Assembly (NCBI GenBank): GCA_013239625.1
Contig: MU053881.1
Location: 8,765,957-8,825,956, forward strand
Origin: Lama guanicoe
Taxonomy: Eukaryota
Length of the DNA: 60,000 nucleotides
Direction of reading: 5' to 3'
The translations under genes and the position numbers were made by a program. Numbering within the stretch: position 1 is the stretch's first letter; each line of letters begins with the position of its first letter. The notes below the pieces were generated by a model. The model saw only the letters and a list, made by a program, of their open reading frames with translations, did no database searches and was not told the origin of the DNA. Below are positions 1 through 13,679 of the stretch, piece after piece.

Positions 1-714
1 GGGGCGTTAATAGGATGCGAAAGGATCCAGGACCTGGATGTTGGCCATGCAACGTTGCTTCCAGAGTGCAGGCTGGATACACAGGAGGCCCAAATGTGTG
101 GCACTGAGCCGGCAGAGAGGGCTGTGGTGACCCCAGAGGGAGAAACAACCATTCAGGAAGTCAGGGAGAACTCGAGACTTGTCCCGACACAGTCGTTCCC
201 CCCGCCTGCTCAAGACTGCACACACAAACAAACACCCCACCCTCTTTGGAAAGACTGCACTGATGACGGAATCCTTGTCCCATGGAGTCTTGCCGCCAGC
301 TCCAAAAAGCCGTCTTCCCTCACCCCTGCCATCTTATCTAATCCTGCTACACTTGTGCCTGGAAGGCATTTGTTTTAAATGCACAGCACGAAACTTAACC
401 CAAGTGGTAGAAGGCAGAAGAGTTGGGGAAAAAACCAGGCCTCACGAGAAAAAGCCCAACACAGCAGCTCGTGGCCGAGGGTGGTGAGGCAACCGAACAC
501 CAGCCGCTCTGACTTCTTAGAGCAGGACCTGGGAGACATCCCAGGCAGCGCCGAGGAGGGCTGGACACTCACTGAGAACCGTTTTTAAGAAGCCTTGGGA
601 CAAAACCAATTCAATAACTACTGAGTTTCCCAATCTGTTAACTCCTCCCCCCAAGGGTTAAAAAATAACTTCAAAGCAAAGAGCCAACTGGGATGTGGTG
701 AATCAGAGCGACAC

Positions 715-840
715 TGGACAGTCAGCTTCCCAGGAGCAGGGCACCTGTCCGTTCTCTCCCGCACTCACCCCCAGCCCCCGGCACAGGGCCTGGCCCCTCG
801 GAGGACATCATGAATATTTGTGGAGTGAATGAATGAACCA
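715..840 (+). mobile_element. L2 LINE 3' end fragment
   Basis: ggcacagggcctggc...gaatatttgtggagtgaatgaatgaa resembles the L2 terminus with its (ATGA)n tail. Confidence 0.65.
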
Positions 841-3399
841 GTGCACAAGCGGTGTCCTTCTCTTAGGTCACCCGGGGTGCAAAATGGGTTTGAGAGTCAG
901 CAAGACTCTTAATAGGGTCATTTCATTGTTAGATAGCATTGGGTAAATAATCTCTAGGCCTCAGATTTCCCATCTGCAAAATGTGTTTGATGGAAGTACC
1001 CACGGCATAGGGTTGTTTTGAAGACTAGCACGTGAACAGAAAGGGCCTGAGACCATTTAGAAGGGGTAGATCTTAATTCCCCTTCCATTTATACAGTCGG
1101 ATAAGTCACAACTCTTTTTACCCCGATCACTTATGTTCTCTCTTTGCATCATTCTATGGAGCCTGCCTTTAAAAAGAAAAAAAAAATCAAATACGCCAGA
1201 GTCTTTGTTTACTGAAAATTTTTATAGGCCTTCAAAAGTGGCTGTTTTGCTTGCTCAGTGCAGTCAGTGCTGGAGTATCCCTTGTGACCCTCAGGCGGGC
1301 ACTGTAAGTGAGGGAGCCATGAGGTTCCTTTAAGGACTAGCCCTCTAGGCCTGGATACAGAGTAAAGACACAGAAGTCAAAGCATGAAATAAACAGCACC
1401 AGGTTAAAGCAAAAATCCCAAGGAGAGAAGGAAAGGATGGTTACGATTGTCAAGAACCCAGTGGCTAGAGGCGGCTGGGGGAGGTGGGTAGATGCTTCTA
1501 GAAACCAGAGGGAGGAATGGCTGCCCTCAGGTCACTCCCCTCTGGTGCGAGACCCAGTCAGTTTTAAATCACTTGCTCCTTTGAGCAAACAGTGCTGCTG
1601 GTTAGTTATCCAGTACATGTTTTTAATTACAAGCTGAAAAAGTCATTCTGTAGCCCTGAAACCAGTGCCCTCATGCCTAAGAAGTGCTTTTTAATATTTA
1701 TACATCTAAAGAGGGTTTGCCCTTCCAGACACAGAAAATCATTAGGAAGCCTTCTCAGGAGGGTGTAACTTTGGTCAAGGTCATGGATAAATCTAAACTT
1801 CAGGTTTCAGCCAAGGCTTACCAGTAGGGGCCACTTTTGTGCCACAAACCACTCCGAACCCTTTCTCGACTTTATTTCTAGATTATCAATTTTTAAAGAG
1901 AGGAAAGGAACAAAAATATGCTTGTGAGACAAACCCGAGTGTATAAAAGTTGAAGAAACTTTGCTTTTTTTTTTCCCGCCTCGTTACTTGGCACATCTAT
2001 TTAATAGAGCTTTTTTGATTTGACTTTTTTCCCTTCCAGTACAGCAGATGAATGGGAGAACCAAGGAAAATGCACTCAAAAGAAATGTCTTCTCGCGGCG
2101 CTAACTTTGGTTTGGCATGTCACCTACCGAACGATACCAGGGAGAGGAAATATTCCGTCAAAGCTGTGAGCCTGGAGGGAAACAGCCTGGATGGTGTCCC
2201 AACACACACAGTATCTTAGCAACTTCTGAAGTTCACAAAAGCCAACAATTTCAGTCTGTGAAGCCGGCTGGTGGGAGGTTCCAGCCTACCCAACCACGAA
2301 TCGCTGAAAGATACACCCCGGGGTGGAGGTGGCGATCATTTTCAGGATCTGCTCCCCAGGCTGCCAAAAATCAAGTGGCTGTCAGAGGGCAGGCAGCTCT
2401 CTTCCCAAGGAAACTAGACGCAGCGATGATGCCCCAAACCCCACCACACACAGAACAGTGATAACCTGGTAGGGCCAAGCGTCATGATTGAAAAACGTCT
2501 TGTAGGAGCGTATTGAGCCAGAGGGGGAAAAAGAATCATACCATTAGCCTCCATCAGAATAAAGGGGGAATGGGAATCAGGAAATAGCTACTCCAAGATC
2601 TTTCTTTTAAGAATCTGGGTTTGTGCCTTTGCCTCGTAAAGAGAGGGTTTCTGGAGAAACTTTACTTATCTCTGGTCAATGGGAGACTTCAAACACCCAA
2701 AAGTGTCTTGCGGATCACTTTGTAGCTCCTACTCTGTCTTTTATAGCTAAGCGATGGGTGTGTGTTTGGGTGGGACGAGGTCTAAACGAACTTGATCGGT
2801 AAGCCTCCCTATATCCTCAACATTATCCCCCAGATCTGATGCTGACAGTTAATCCTGACCATCTAATCCCTGAATCCACTCTAAATCCAGCCCTGAAGCC
2901 CGATACGGAGCCCAGCCCTCGGAGAATCCAGCATATAACTGGCACACGCGTAGAAACCCATGCCCCTCTCTGAAGCCCAGGCCAGGCTGTCTGTACCTTG
3001 ACTGTTCCTTGCTCTTTAGCAATTAAATCATGAGTCAGGTGAGATATGTCATTTCAAGTGAAGAGAAGTGGGTGCTTTTGAAACCTTTTGCTTTCTCTAA
3101 CACCTATTGTCCCTAAGATGTCATTCAGCAACAAATATCAGAAAGTTGATTAAAAATCTGATTCGCCTGTCTTCTTTTTTTTTTAACCACATGTGTGAAA
3201 AGAACTGAGGAAGTCCACTGTCTCGGAACCTCCAGCCCCCTCCAGCCTGGCTGACGGGTACTGATGATGAACACACGTAACTGATCAGGCTTCCGTCGTG
3301 TATTACAGGAGCAGGATTATTTCTCTTAGCTCCTCCACGTCCAGAGGCTGGCCCCAGGCTTCTCTGCCCAGGAGAGGGCAGAAGTCAGATCAATTTGAT

Positions 3400-4165
3400 G
3401 GAGTCATGCCTGCTGGTCCCTCCTTCTCCCACCAGATTCAGTCAATGCCCAAACCTGGATATTCCACCTCCAAAATGTCTCTCAGATCTGCTCTCCTGGC
3501 CTACCCTGCTTTCGTCCTTGCTCTGTTCACAGTCTCCGCTCTCTCGGCTTTGGAAACAGCCTCCTCAGATCTTAACGGCCTCCAGTCCTGACCCACTCAT
3601 TTCATTTCTCGACTCAGAATTCTGCAGGTTTTGCGTCACTTAAGAATCAAATCCAAACACACGTTTGTATGGCCTGAGAGGCTCTCTGTCATCTGGCACT
3701 TCTCCCCAGTCCCACTTCCATTAATACCTCAGCTCCCTGTACATTGTTTGCTTCGGTGTGAACCATATGTGGTTCCCTCCAATACCATGCTTTCCCACGC
3801 TCAAATCGCTGCTCTTGGTGCTCTTAATTCCTGGCATGTACCTCTCTCACCTTGTCCTCTGCCAAACTCCTATGCACTCTTCCAGTCAGAAGTCAAATAT
3901 CACCTCCTCTCTGAAGTACTCCCTGATGCCTTCAGATGAAATCCTCCTTCTCTCCTCCCCACTCCCATCCTGCGGAGCACAGTCTTGGCCTCCTGATTCC
4001 TATGTTACAAGGGACTGTTCACACATCTGTTTTCTTTCTGTGTGATGGGGATGTGATGGGGATCTGCTGGAGGGCACGGATCTTGGTCACCCCATGTTTG
4101 CATCACCAAGGTCTTGGAACTTAGAAGGAAGGATTCAGTGAACGTTTGCTGTAAGAATGGATAAA
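3400..4165 (+). mobile_element. L2 LINE fragment
   Basis: Pyrimidine-rich L2-like body (aaatccaaac, aaatatcacctcctctctgaag) ending in a degenerate L2 tail. Confidence 0.6.
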
Positions 4166-6054
4166 GGGCACCGTCCATCCTCAGGAGGTAGCCTAGAATC
4201 AACCCAAACTTGAGAAAGAGCCTTAAAATTAAAATACCGATGTGGGGATTCTCTCACCTAAAAGGTCCTTGGCTGCCAGACTAGCTGTATTTTGTGAACT
4301 CAGTTGCTTTCCCCTCTGGCCACCCTCTCATCCTATTCCTTTCTGGGGTTTCTGGGAGCAGAGGTCTGAACAGAACTGCCTTCCTCCTCCCCAGCCCTGG
4401 GGTCAGCACGTCCAGATCTGCAGTTACTCCAGCCATCAGGGACCCACAGTTGTCATCAGTAAAACAGGCCTAAGAACAGAGGGCAATCCAATCCTTTTTA
4501 ACTCCAGGCTCTATTTCCCTGGAAACACTTATTTCCTTATTAAAAAAAAAAGAGAGGGAGAGAGAGGAAAAAAAAAAAGCTCACAAATCCACGTTGAAGC
4601 TAGTGCTTGGAAAATATTTTTGAAACATTTGGAAGTAATTTCTATTCACAAATTATCTCTATTCACAAAATGAAAAGGCAAATTATGTGAGCTGGATAAA
4701 TTGAGAGAGAAGAAATCAGATGTAATGCTGGGAGCAGAAGAGAAAGAGGGAGAAAGGAAAGGAGACAAAAAAGACTAGTAATTCTTGCATTCCTATAGTA
4801 GGTAGAATTTTAAAAACACTAGAACATGTATGACCTCCTAGGAATGCTTCGAGCAGTTCCAAGATGCTAGTGGGCTGTCCGTCTCACCAGATGGCAGAAG
4901 GGAAAGCTTAAGCTGCGTAAAGACAGGTCTTCCATCACCAACAGCGGGAGGGCTGGGGCGAGCAAGTAAGAGGTAAGGGAGAGGGAAGGAGAAAGGAGAA
5001 AGAACAAGGTGGGAAGATGGAGAGAGAACGGGAGAAGGCGAATATGTCAAGAAGAAAGTGACAGGAGGGGCCTGGAAGATTCACCCAGCGTCAGCGATGA
5101 ATGGCAAAAATGCCAAGAACTCGGAAGTCACCCTCTGCTTTGGGCTCCTGACGTGTGAAGTCCCTTTCTTAAATCGCCACAACTGAAAAAGTAATCAGAA
5201 TCATTATCCAGACCGAAAAACCCACCTGATTCTTATGAAGACGGAGCCTCTGGGTTCATCCACGGGTTCCACTCTGGGCTGAATGCTTCTGAACACCCTG
5301 GTAGGCACCCCGTTTTCCTGGTACTGGCCCTTTCTCTACTCAACGCTCAAGGCAAGTTAAATAGCCGATCATATCATTCAAAAGGGATCTGCTTGTCATA
5401 CGGCTATGCTCTTAGACTCTTAAACTCTTTTGCAACCGCCGGAGTGGGAAAAGGTCAGAATAACAGCAATGCCAAACAACATGAGCAAAGATCATTTGTA
5501 GAACTCAGATCGCGTCTTCTCCATGGGCCACCACAAACGGCCCAGTGTAAACACACCGGCCGACCCAAAGTGTGAACACTACTGGCTGCCAGTTCCCTAC
5601 CACGTGCCAGGACACTCCACAACCACCCTCTTGTTTAGTTCTCATGATAATAATGCAGAGGGGGGCTTTACTATCCTCCTCTTACAGTGATCATCTGGAG
5701 CTCAGGGAGATTTAAATGATAACCACGTTTGAACGCAGTTCTAAGCAGATCCAGACACATGCTCTTTCCATCTCAGCCCCCTGTTTCCAAAATTGACCGT
5801 GAATTGTCTCTACTTCCTTGCCCTTTAATGAAATGATGGGAGGTCCCTCTAGCTTGGTCAGGACAAAGAGAGGAGGAAATCCCGAGGGGCAGGAGAGGCT
5901 GCTAAATGATCAACGCGTGTAGTCAGGAGAGTAAGCGGGGTGCCTGCCGGGAAAAGCCCCGTGCAAAGCTGGGTCCTGTCCCGGACTGGCTCAGTCCGGT
6001 GAGCCTCCGGGTCCAGTCACATCTCTTCCAGAAATTTTCCAGCGCTTGCTTTAC

Positions 6055-6235
6055 ACCAAGCACTGTGCGAAAAGCTTGGCACGCAGTGTTTAACTTTGCA
6101 GCAACTCTTGGAGGTGGATGCATTTATTATTATTATTTCATAGATGACAAAATGATCTCCGAGAGGTTATGTAACTTGCTCAAAATCATACAGCCAGTAA
6201 GAAGAAGAGTGGGGATTCCAGCCCTGCTCTGCCTG
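6055..6235 (-). mobile_element. MIR SINE
   Basis: tttcatagatgacaaaatgatctccgagaggttatgtaacttgctcaaaatcatacagccagtaag is the reverse MIR core. Confidence 0.7.
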
Positions 6236-6659
6236 TTTCCGGAGGGTCTGCCGTTAGCCGCCAAGCAAACTGCCTTTTTCAACTCCCACTGCGAGGATGC
6301 TCGGGGATCAGGACTTCATTGCTCTATGAAATCAAGGTCAGGAGGCAGTAAACATGGTTCCTAGGTGTTCTGGAGCCTCTGTTAACAGGGGCACTGGACT
6401 CCTAGGAGCCTGACTTTGAAGGCACTCCTCCCCTCCATGTACTGTATTACTTTAAGCCAGTTGTTTGACTTGCACCTCCGTTTCTGCATCTATAAAGTGG
6501 GAATAAAATGAAGATCATGCAGGCTCCTTGAAATCTTGCAGGAACTCACTATAGAGCTGCAACTCTTGGGAAGAAAAATTTATACTAAGGTCATTAAGTC
6601 AGATAAAATAATGGATTGATAGAAACTTAGAGTTGAAAGAATTTGGGCATTAGGGTTAA

Positions 6660-6930
6660 GAACCTGGATGCTTCCTGTAGGCAGCTCCTGGCTGTGTGAC
6701 CCTGGACAAGTTACAGAACATCTCTCAGCCTCAGTTTCCTCATCTATGAAAAGGGGATAAAAATAGTACAATCCCATAGGCTTCTTCTGAGAATGAAATG
6801 AGAGGATGCAGGCAAAGCCCAGTGACCTGCACAGAGTAAGTGCCACGTGAATGCTGAGACCATTATGACAGGGGAATCGAGGCCCTCGGAGGGTAAACAC
6901 TTGTCCACGGTTGCACTGTGAATTAATAAC
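6660..6930 (+). mobile_element. MIR SINE
   Basis: gctgtgtgaccctggacaagtta...tctctcagcctcagtttcctcatctatgaaaaggggataaaaatagtac matches the MIR core. Confidence 0.85.
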
Positions 6931-8479
6931 AAAGAAAGTAATGGAATAGAGCCTCTTGATCAGTTCATGCTGCTTCTCCTCAGCTGTGCAAGCTCGGACA
7001 TGTTACTTAAACTTTCCAAGACTCAGTCTCCCCATCTGTTGAATGGGGACAATTCTTCTTACCTCTGCTAATAAGGATGCGGAGGGGAAGTGAGCGAAGG
7101 ATTCAAGCAGAGCCCTCCACCTGCAGCACCGTGTGCGCTGGCTAAATGTTCGCTGCAGTAATCACTCCTTCCCTTCTGATTTGAAAGAGCATAGCTTTTA
7201 TCTTCAGGAATAAGGATGATAAATGTGGGAGGAAACAGTTCTTCATGGCTGTTTGCTGACTCAGAGGACGAGTGGGAAATGCTCACCTCAAAAGAGAAGT
7301 AACCCTGATGGGGACAAATCCCAAACTGAAGAAAGTCAGTCGCGAGACGTCCCTGCTAGACTTCCCCTGAGGCACGGTGCCTATGCATTAGTCCTCTATG
7401 TGGAAGTTCTTCCCTTTCTGATTCTAGAAGCTTCTGTCAGCTCAAATCGGAAGCACCTTATCGCTGTTCTCTGCAGCAGCGCTGCATCTTCTTGTGGAAG
7501 GAGCACAGTATTTGGAGTCCAACTACCTGGGCACCAGCCCCAGACCGGTGACGGACCGGCTGGTGCCTTGGACGCGTTCTTTCCCTGCCCGAGCCCCTGT
7601 CTGCAGCTGTAAAATGAGGGCAGCGATGCCTGCTGTCAACCGCACGAAACCATCAGATGCCGCACAGACATAAAGCATTATTTGCTTTTCACTCTCATGT
7701 CTTGCCCCGTCTGGTCCCAGTCAGGAGGAGATGACAAAGCTGCGTGACTGCCCTTAAACAGCCGCACCCCCCTCTCATCTGTGGTCCCGCTGCAGGAGGG
7801 GGATGAGAGCAAAGCACTCGATGATGTTAAGCGGCTACGAAGGCAGTTTTATGGCAAGAGGGGTTGGGCACAGGGCCGCTCAGCCAAAGCAATGACTGTA
7901 AAGCCCTTTTCCTGTCCCAGTCCACACAGACTGGTGCCAGGCTCCCGACGGCTGTCAGAGCTGGAAGAGCAGCCTGGAAGCCGCACTTCGGCCTTACGAT
8001 GCTGGCTGCTTGGCCAGCATCAGCACCATTTTATCCATAGCTTCCCAGAGCCCCTCTTCCCCCTTGGGGATGTCGGAGCAGAGCCACAGTCACCTGAATA
8101 CTGGGCGGGAGTGATGGGCAGGACCAGAGAACCTGACACCTCGGCTTCGGCCTCCGAAGTGGCACCTGTGTGTGTTCACACAACTCATTAGCCTTCAGCC
8201 CAGGAATCTTTCCGTTTCATTGTTTCATTAAGGGTGATTTCATCTTTTAAGTGAAGTTCAATGAATGGTGAAATAAAATACTTGGTGTGGATGGCCCTGC
8301 ATTGAAATAAGAGAAGACCGTTACGTCCAGTGCAGAATGAAATGTCTTATGTGTGTTTCTAAGGCAAAAAAAAAGCTTTTGAGAAAAAAAAAATCTAAGC
8401 TTTAAGGAAATCAACTTGTCCACCCTTATTTGGCACCTCTGAAAAGGATGCTTGTTAATACCAGAGATGAAGACGGCTG

Positions 8480-8755
8480 TGGTGAAGACAGTTTAGATGG
8501 CAGTCAAGCGGAAGGGCTCAGAGGTCAGACTGCATGGGGTTGAGACCTGGTTCTATTACATACTCATGAAATGATCTGGGGGGAGTTATCCAAAATATAT
8601 ACATACATATATATATATGCCTCAGCTCCCTCTTCTGTAAGACGGAAATGATGATAGCACTGGTCTCATGTGGTGGTAGCACAGATTAAACAAGAAAATT
8701 CATACGAGCTGCTCAGAATATAGTAGATGCTCTAAAACGTTAACTGTCACCATTA
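8480..8755 (+). mobile_element. MIR SINE with a short (TA)n insert
   Basis: gtcagactgcatggggttgag...gcctcagctccctcttctgtaagacggaaatgatgatagcac...tagtagatgctc. Confidence 0.65.
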
Positions 8756-8791
8756 CTATGAAGATGCTCTGAAGGATTCAGGAAAACCCCG

Positions 8792-9228
8792 TGTCACAGG
8801 TTGAGTTGTATCTGGCCCCTCCATCCCTCTCCAAAAGGTGCTGAAACCCTGACCTTCAGTATTTGTGCATGTGAGCTTGTCTGGAAGCACGCTTCTTTGT
8901 AACGATCAAGTTAAGATGAGCTCGTTAGGATGGGCCCTAACCCAGCACGGCTGACATCCTTATGAAAGGAGAAAATCTGGCCGCAGAGACAGACACGCAC
9001 ATAAGGAGGAGGTCACGTGAAGACTGGAGCTGAGCTGTCACAAGCCAAGGAGCCACCAGAAGCCCAGGACAGAGGCCTGGAACTTAGCCTTTCCCAGTTC
9101 CTTCGGAGGGAGCAGGGCTCAGCTGATGCTCTGACCTCTGACTTCTGGCCTCTAGACTGTGAGACCAATTTTGCTGCCACCTGTTCAGTTCGCGGTACCT
9201 GGGGACAGCAGCCCTAGTGAGCTAACCG
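8792..9228 (+). mobile_element. MaLR solo LTR (MLT1B/C/D-like)
   Basis: tgtcacaggttgagttgt start, atcaagttaagatgag, gggccctaacccag, caagccaaggagc, gacttctggcctctagactgtgaga, cagcagccctag end. Confidence 0.85.
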
Positions 9229-9419
9229 CTCTGTTTCAGAGTGCCACGCTGGACAAATATAAAAGAGATTTCTTAGAAGTAGCTGTTTCATCTATTTCCT
9301 GAAAAGCTGAAACTTAGCTTTTGAGAATAAAAATCGCTCCAATAGACACTGTTGGTTTTTGGATTTATTGGACAATTCCAAACTTCTTTTCCTTTGTTGC
9401 CTCCAATTAGAGTCTAGAA

Positions 9420-9502
9420 AAGCTCTCCTAGCCTCCCTTGAAGCAAAGGACAGCCATGTGATATAATTCTGACTAATAAGATATAAGTAAAATTCCACAG
9501 GG

Positions 9503-9539
<37 letters not shown>

Positions 9540-9920
9540 CGTGCATGTGTGCGCATGTGCTGGGGGAGTGGGTTTAGGCTTTTCCTGATAAAAGTCTCAG
9601 AGACTTGATTCCTTCCCTTCTTCTCTGTTCCCCCCATTGAAGGCTGGATATGATATCTGGAGCTACATCAGCCATCTTGTGACAATGAGGCTGCAAAACC
9701 AAGGCAAAGACACTAAAGTGCTCAGAACGGCAAATTGGAGAGACAGGAAGAGCTCACGACCGAGATGGTATCACCGGGCGGCATAAACAGTGCCCGTTCC
9801 CGCCATCCTTGGGTATCTAGCTGGCTCTGTGAGCAAAACAGAGCCTTTTCCAAGGCACCATTAGGGTTTTTATGGCTGTTGTTTCTGATACCTTGCAGCT
9901 GGATGCCTCCCTAACTGCAA
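9420..9920. mobile_element. Old ERVL-class LTR relic (LTR33/LTR16-like) containing a microsatellite
   Basis: cctagcctcccttgaagc...gccatgtgat, tctggagctacatcagccatcttgtgacaatgagg, cttgcagctggatgcctccctaactg; subfamily uncertain. Confidence 0.55.
9505..9560 (+). repeat. (GT)n microsatellite with a (GC/GT) tail
   Basis: About 15 perfect GT units, then gcgtgcgtgcatgtgtgcgcatgtgc. Confidence 0.95.
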
Positions 9921-10249
9921 TGCTGCCTTGGCTGACCGTTCTGTCCAGGACTTTGAGGTTCCCTCCATAATTTCAGTTTTAAAGCGCATTTCATCTTATC
10001 TCCCAATTCCTTCTGCCTGCCCCGAGTCTTCCCATCTGCCCCGCCGTGGAGAACCGGCTGAGGAATGTGTCAGCCTCGAGCTCTCAGGACGAGGCTAAGG
10101 TGCAGCTGACTGGTCTCCGTGTGATCAGAGTATTTCCCCCTTCCTTGGAAGCACTGTGATTAAGGGTGGTTGCAAGGACTTCTCGGGGACACATAAAGTC
10201 AACGTCACCAGCCGTATATTTATAAGTTGATGTCAGTTCACACACTGGT

Positions 10250-10450
10250 GAGATCACGGACTCTGGAATTAAACAGACCCTTAGTTCCAGATCCCAACCA
10301 CTGACTAGTGTGTGACTGTAGGCAGGATGCTTTATCTTTCTGAATCTCTTCTCTTAATTACAAACAGGAAAATCGAGTCATTGAGAAGGTTAGATCGGAT
10401 ATGGAATGTGAAGTTCCTGCACATAGTAGGTCCCCAATAAATGGCTGGCT
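10250..10450 (+). mobile_element. MIR SINE
   Basis: ggactctggaattaaacagacc...tagtgtgtgactgtaggcagg...cacatagtaggtccccaataaatg. Confidence 0.65.
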
Positions 10451-10784
10451 TCATTGTCCGTTTTACAGAAGAAAAAAAAAATCAGTGCTGATACTTTGGG
10501 AAAGATGTACACTCAGGGGTACTTGTTCTTAGACCTCTGCATTTTGAACCCTCTTTTCACAGCACAGTTGACCCGTTCAGTCAGATAACTTCTCCAAACT
10601 TAGCACCACAGTGTGCTTTCACAAAGGGGACTGAGGACTTTGTGAAATACAGCACCAAGAGGAACGAGCAACACGGAGCTAAAGATGACCTTCCAAGGAC
10701 AATAATGGGTTTGAGCTCTTATTTTAGTTCTGGGGGTCCAGGAGGAAAAAGACACTTAGAGTCACAGTTACAAGTCAACGAGAG

Positions 10785-10960
10785 CAGAATTTCTCCATCT
10801 TGGCACCATCGACATTTTGGGTTGGACGATGCTTCTCTGTATGGGGCTGTTCTATGCATCACAGGATGTTCAGCAGCATCTCTAGATGCCAGGAGCATCC
10901 CCCAGCTGTGACAACCATCTCCACGCACTGCCAACTGTTTCCAGGGGTGGGGTGAGGTGC
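10785..10960. mobile_element. MER20-like hAT-Charlie DNA transposon
   Basis: tttctccatcttggcaccatcgacattttgggttggacgat...ggggctgttctatgcatcacaggatgttcagcagcatc...ctagatgccag...gtgacaacca. Confidence 0.8.
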
Positions 10961-11987
10961 ACCGAGTTACAGCAAAAAAACAAAACAAAACAAAACAAAA
11001 CCCAGTGGAGTCCTGACGCACAGGAGAGTCTCACTAGGTGAATCATACGGGGGTAGATTCGCAAGTGGTCCCCAGTCCACTACAACCTCGCATGATGCAC
11101 AACATCGCAAAAGAGGAAAGGAAATAGTTTTGCACATCTTTGGGTCCAGACTGCCTCCTTCATGAGCAGAGGTTGCGGCAGTGGTTATCACTCCATCCAG
11201 ACCGCAGAAGAAGCAGTGATCACGTGTGGATTATCTCATCAGTCCGTGCCAAGGACCTCTTCGAATCAAGCCCGCTCAATGGGGAAAATATTCGCTATTC
11301 TGCGAGAAGACCTAAGGGGTTCCAATCCATCCTTTTCAAACAGGATGCTATTCCGGGCGAAGGATCACAGGAAGAGCTGTCATGAAAGGAAAGTGCGGCC
11401 TGAGAAGGAGAGTCAGATCCTTTGTCTAGTCACCGCCCTCCTCCAAATGTGAAGATGGAAGGGCGCTGTTTGGAGGGCCAAGCCCGCCACTCATCTCACA
11501 CACGGAGACGATCAAAGATCTGCTCATTAGGGTAGCTGCAGAAAAGGAGCGTCGACAATTTACTTTCACTCTCTGCTGATGCTGATAATTTTAAGGGGTT
11601 CTTCCCCTTGAATATTCCTCCTCCTCATTCATCATCCTTTACTTACAAAAATGCAGTCTTAGAGTTGCTACTCACTTACGTTTCTCTCCGGATCTTTCTG
11701 GGAGCCCCTGGGTCTTGAGATTGTAAAACACTGTTCTAAAAGACCTACTGTATGTACCACGAAGCTCTGAAGAGGATAAAACTTGAGGGGAAATGCTGCT
11801 CTGTATGAAAATATTCATACGCATTATTTCATTATACACTCGAGAAATGACAAGTTGGTTTGCAAGAACAGTGTAAGACGTTCTCTCACAATTTTACTCA
11901 TGGTTAAGAGTCTGTTCACTCTTACAAACCCCACTTTAAACTTCATCCAGTCTTGGATTCCCCAGAGCAATTTCCTTTATATTTTAA

Positions 11988-12123
11988 TTTTTTTTGCGGG
12001 TGTGTGTGGGGGAGGTAATTAGGTTTCTTTCTTTCTTTCTTTCTTAAAGGAGGTCCTGGGGATTGATTGAACCCAGGACCTCGTGCATGCTAAACACGTG
12101 CTCTACCACTAAATCCTCCCGCC
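11988..12123 (-). mobile_element. tRNA-Ala-derived camelid-type SINE (vic-1-like) with target site duplication
   Basis: Minus strand reads ...tagtggtagagcacgtgtttagcatgcacgaggtcctgggttcaatc...aaacctaattacctcccc plus an A-rich tail; TSD ttatattttaa at 11977-11987 and 12124-12134. Confidence 0.85.
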
Positions 12124-13679
12124 TTATATTTTAAAGACGTTGACAGTAATACTATTAGACAATAATGCTGTATTGTCCTGTGATTATTCTAATCTCACTG
12201 AGAAGCTGACTAAATGTAAGTGCCATTTAAAATAACTCTGCACGTTTATGACTGAGCCATGGGCGTGTTGGGAGGACAAACCACAGTTTAGTATCACACA
12301 AGTCAAGACATCCAACCCCAGGAGCATCTCTCACGGAGGCCTGGGGAGGTGGCAAGAGGACCACACAGACTTCAAGGGTGGGCTTATCACAGCGTCATGG
12401 CGTTGCCTCTCTTGTGGGATGAAATGGAGAAGGCAAGGGTCTGACGTCATTCTTCGCCCAAATCGAGCTTGTAAACGGTGCCTGATTTAGGACTCTCTGA
12501 AGACCAGCACCATGACACAGGGTCAAAACCTGGACAGCAATGGGATGTCTGGCTCCACGGCCAAGTCTTACCTCCTGCTCCCCTCTTGGCAGAAAAGAGA
12601 CTAGAAGAAGTGAGAAGAAGGATAAAAAGAAAGCACAGAGACATAATGATCTACTAAATTTAGCATCATCCACACACCCAATCCAGATAACTTAAACTCA
12701 AGTGCCTTTGGGGCCTAAATTATCTTGGTTAGTTTGGAAGCTAATTCTAAAATTCCCCAGGTAATCATGCTGTTTTATGCTTTACTTCGGGCACCTAGCA
12801 TCTGAGAGGGTATTTCATGCACTTCCGTCAAACGCTAAAGCACAGAAAATGAATCGAGACTTTGGCGCGGTGCAGAGCGGGCGCTGAGGGGAGGGGGGAC
12901 AAGGGCTCATTCCCTGATGTCTGACCCTCTCTGCCCGCATCCATAAACCCATAACCAACTTCATCCATCTCACCCTTCAGCCCGGGGACAGTGAGTCAGC
13001 CTCATTTGCAGAGACACAGGCAGCTGCCTTAGAGTTTCAACCTGCTCATACAGTGAATATGTAGGAGATTTATCATAATTTCAAACCTGCCTCTAACCAG
13101 CTGATCAAAAGGCAAGTTTTCTTCTTTGAAGATTTTAATTTGTAAGCTTCACTGCCCCGAATCAAAAAGGGCAATGGTACCGACTCCCAGGACCCCGTTC
13201 TGCATTTGTAAGGCAAGTGCCTTCAAGTCCCAGACCAGGTTTTTTTTTGTATCTATAAATGGGCACGCTGTGTCTCAACGTATATTCTCATGTCTTTTTC
13301 TGGTTTGCAAGATTTGCACTACCTGCGAGTACCATGTTAGGGAGGGATTTTGTTAGCCTTTCAGAGTTGAGTTATAACCCGATTCTGCTCTTCTTTTTTT
13401 TCCCCCCAGAGACTTTTCATATGAAATCCAAAGTGAATGCCTCTGAAGGGGTCTGGATGGGCTTCATTGGATCAAAGGCCCTCTCATAATAAAGCAACCT
13501 CACTGAGATTCACTGAGTGCATTAAAAAAAAGAATGGCTTTGTGCCAGCCCTGGTAGAATCACACGCCAATAAAAAAAAAAAAATGCTTTGGCCAACCAT
13601 GCTTTTAGAAAAGGGAGTGGTGATTTCAAAATGGTGGGTTAGTTTTTCATTTTTCAGTTTCCCTATTCTTGACAACATT

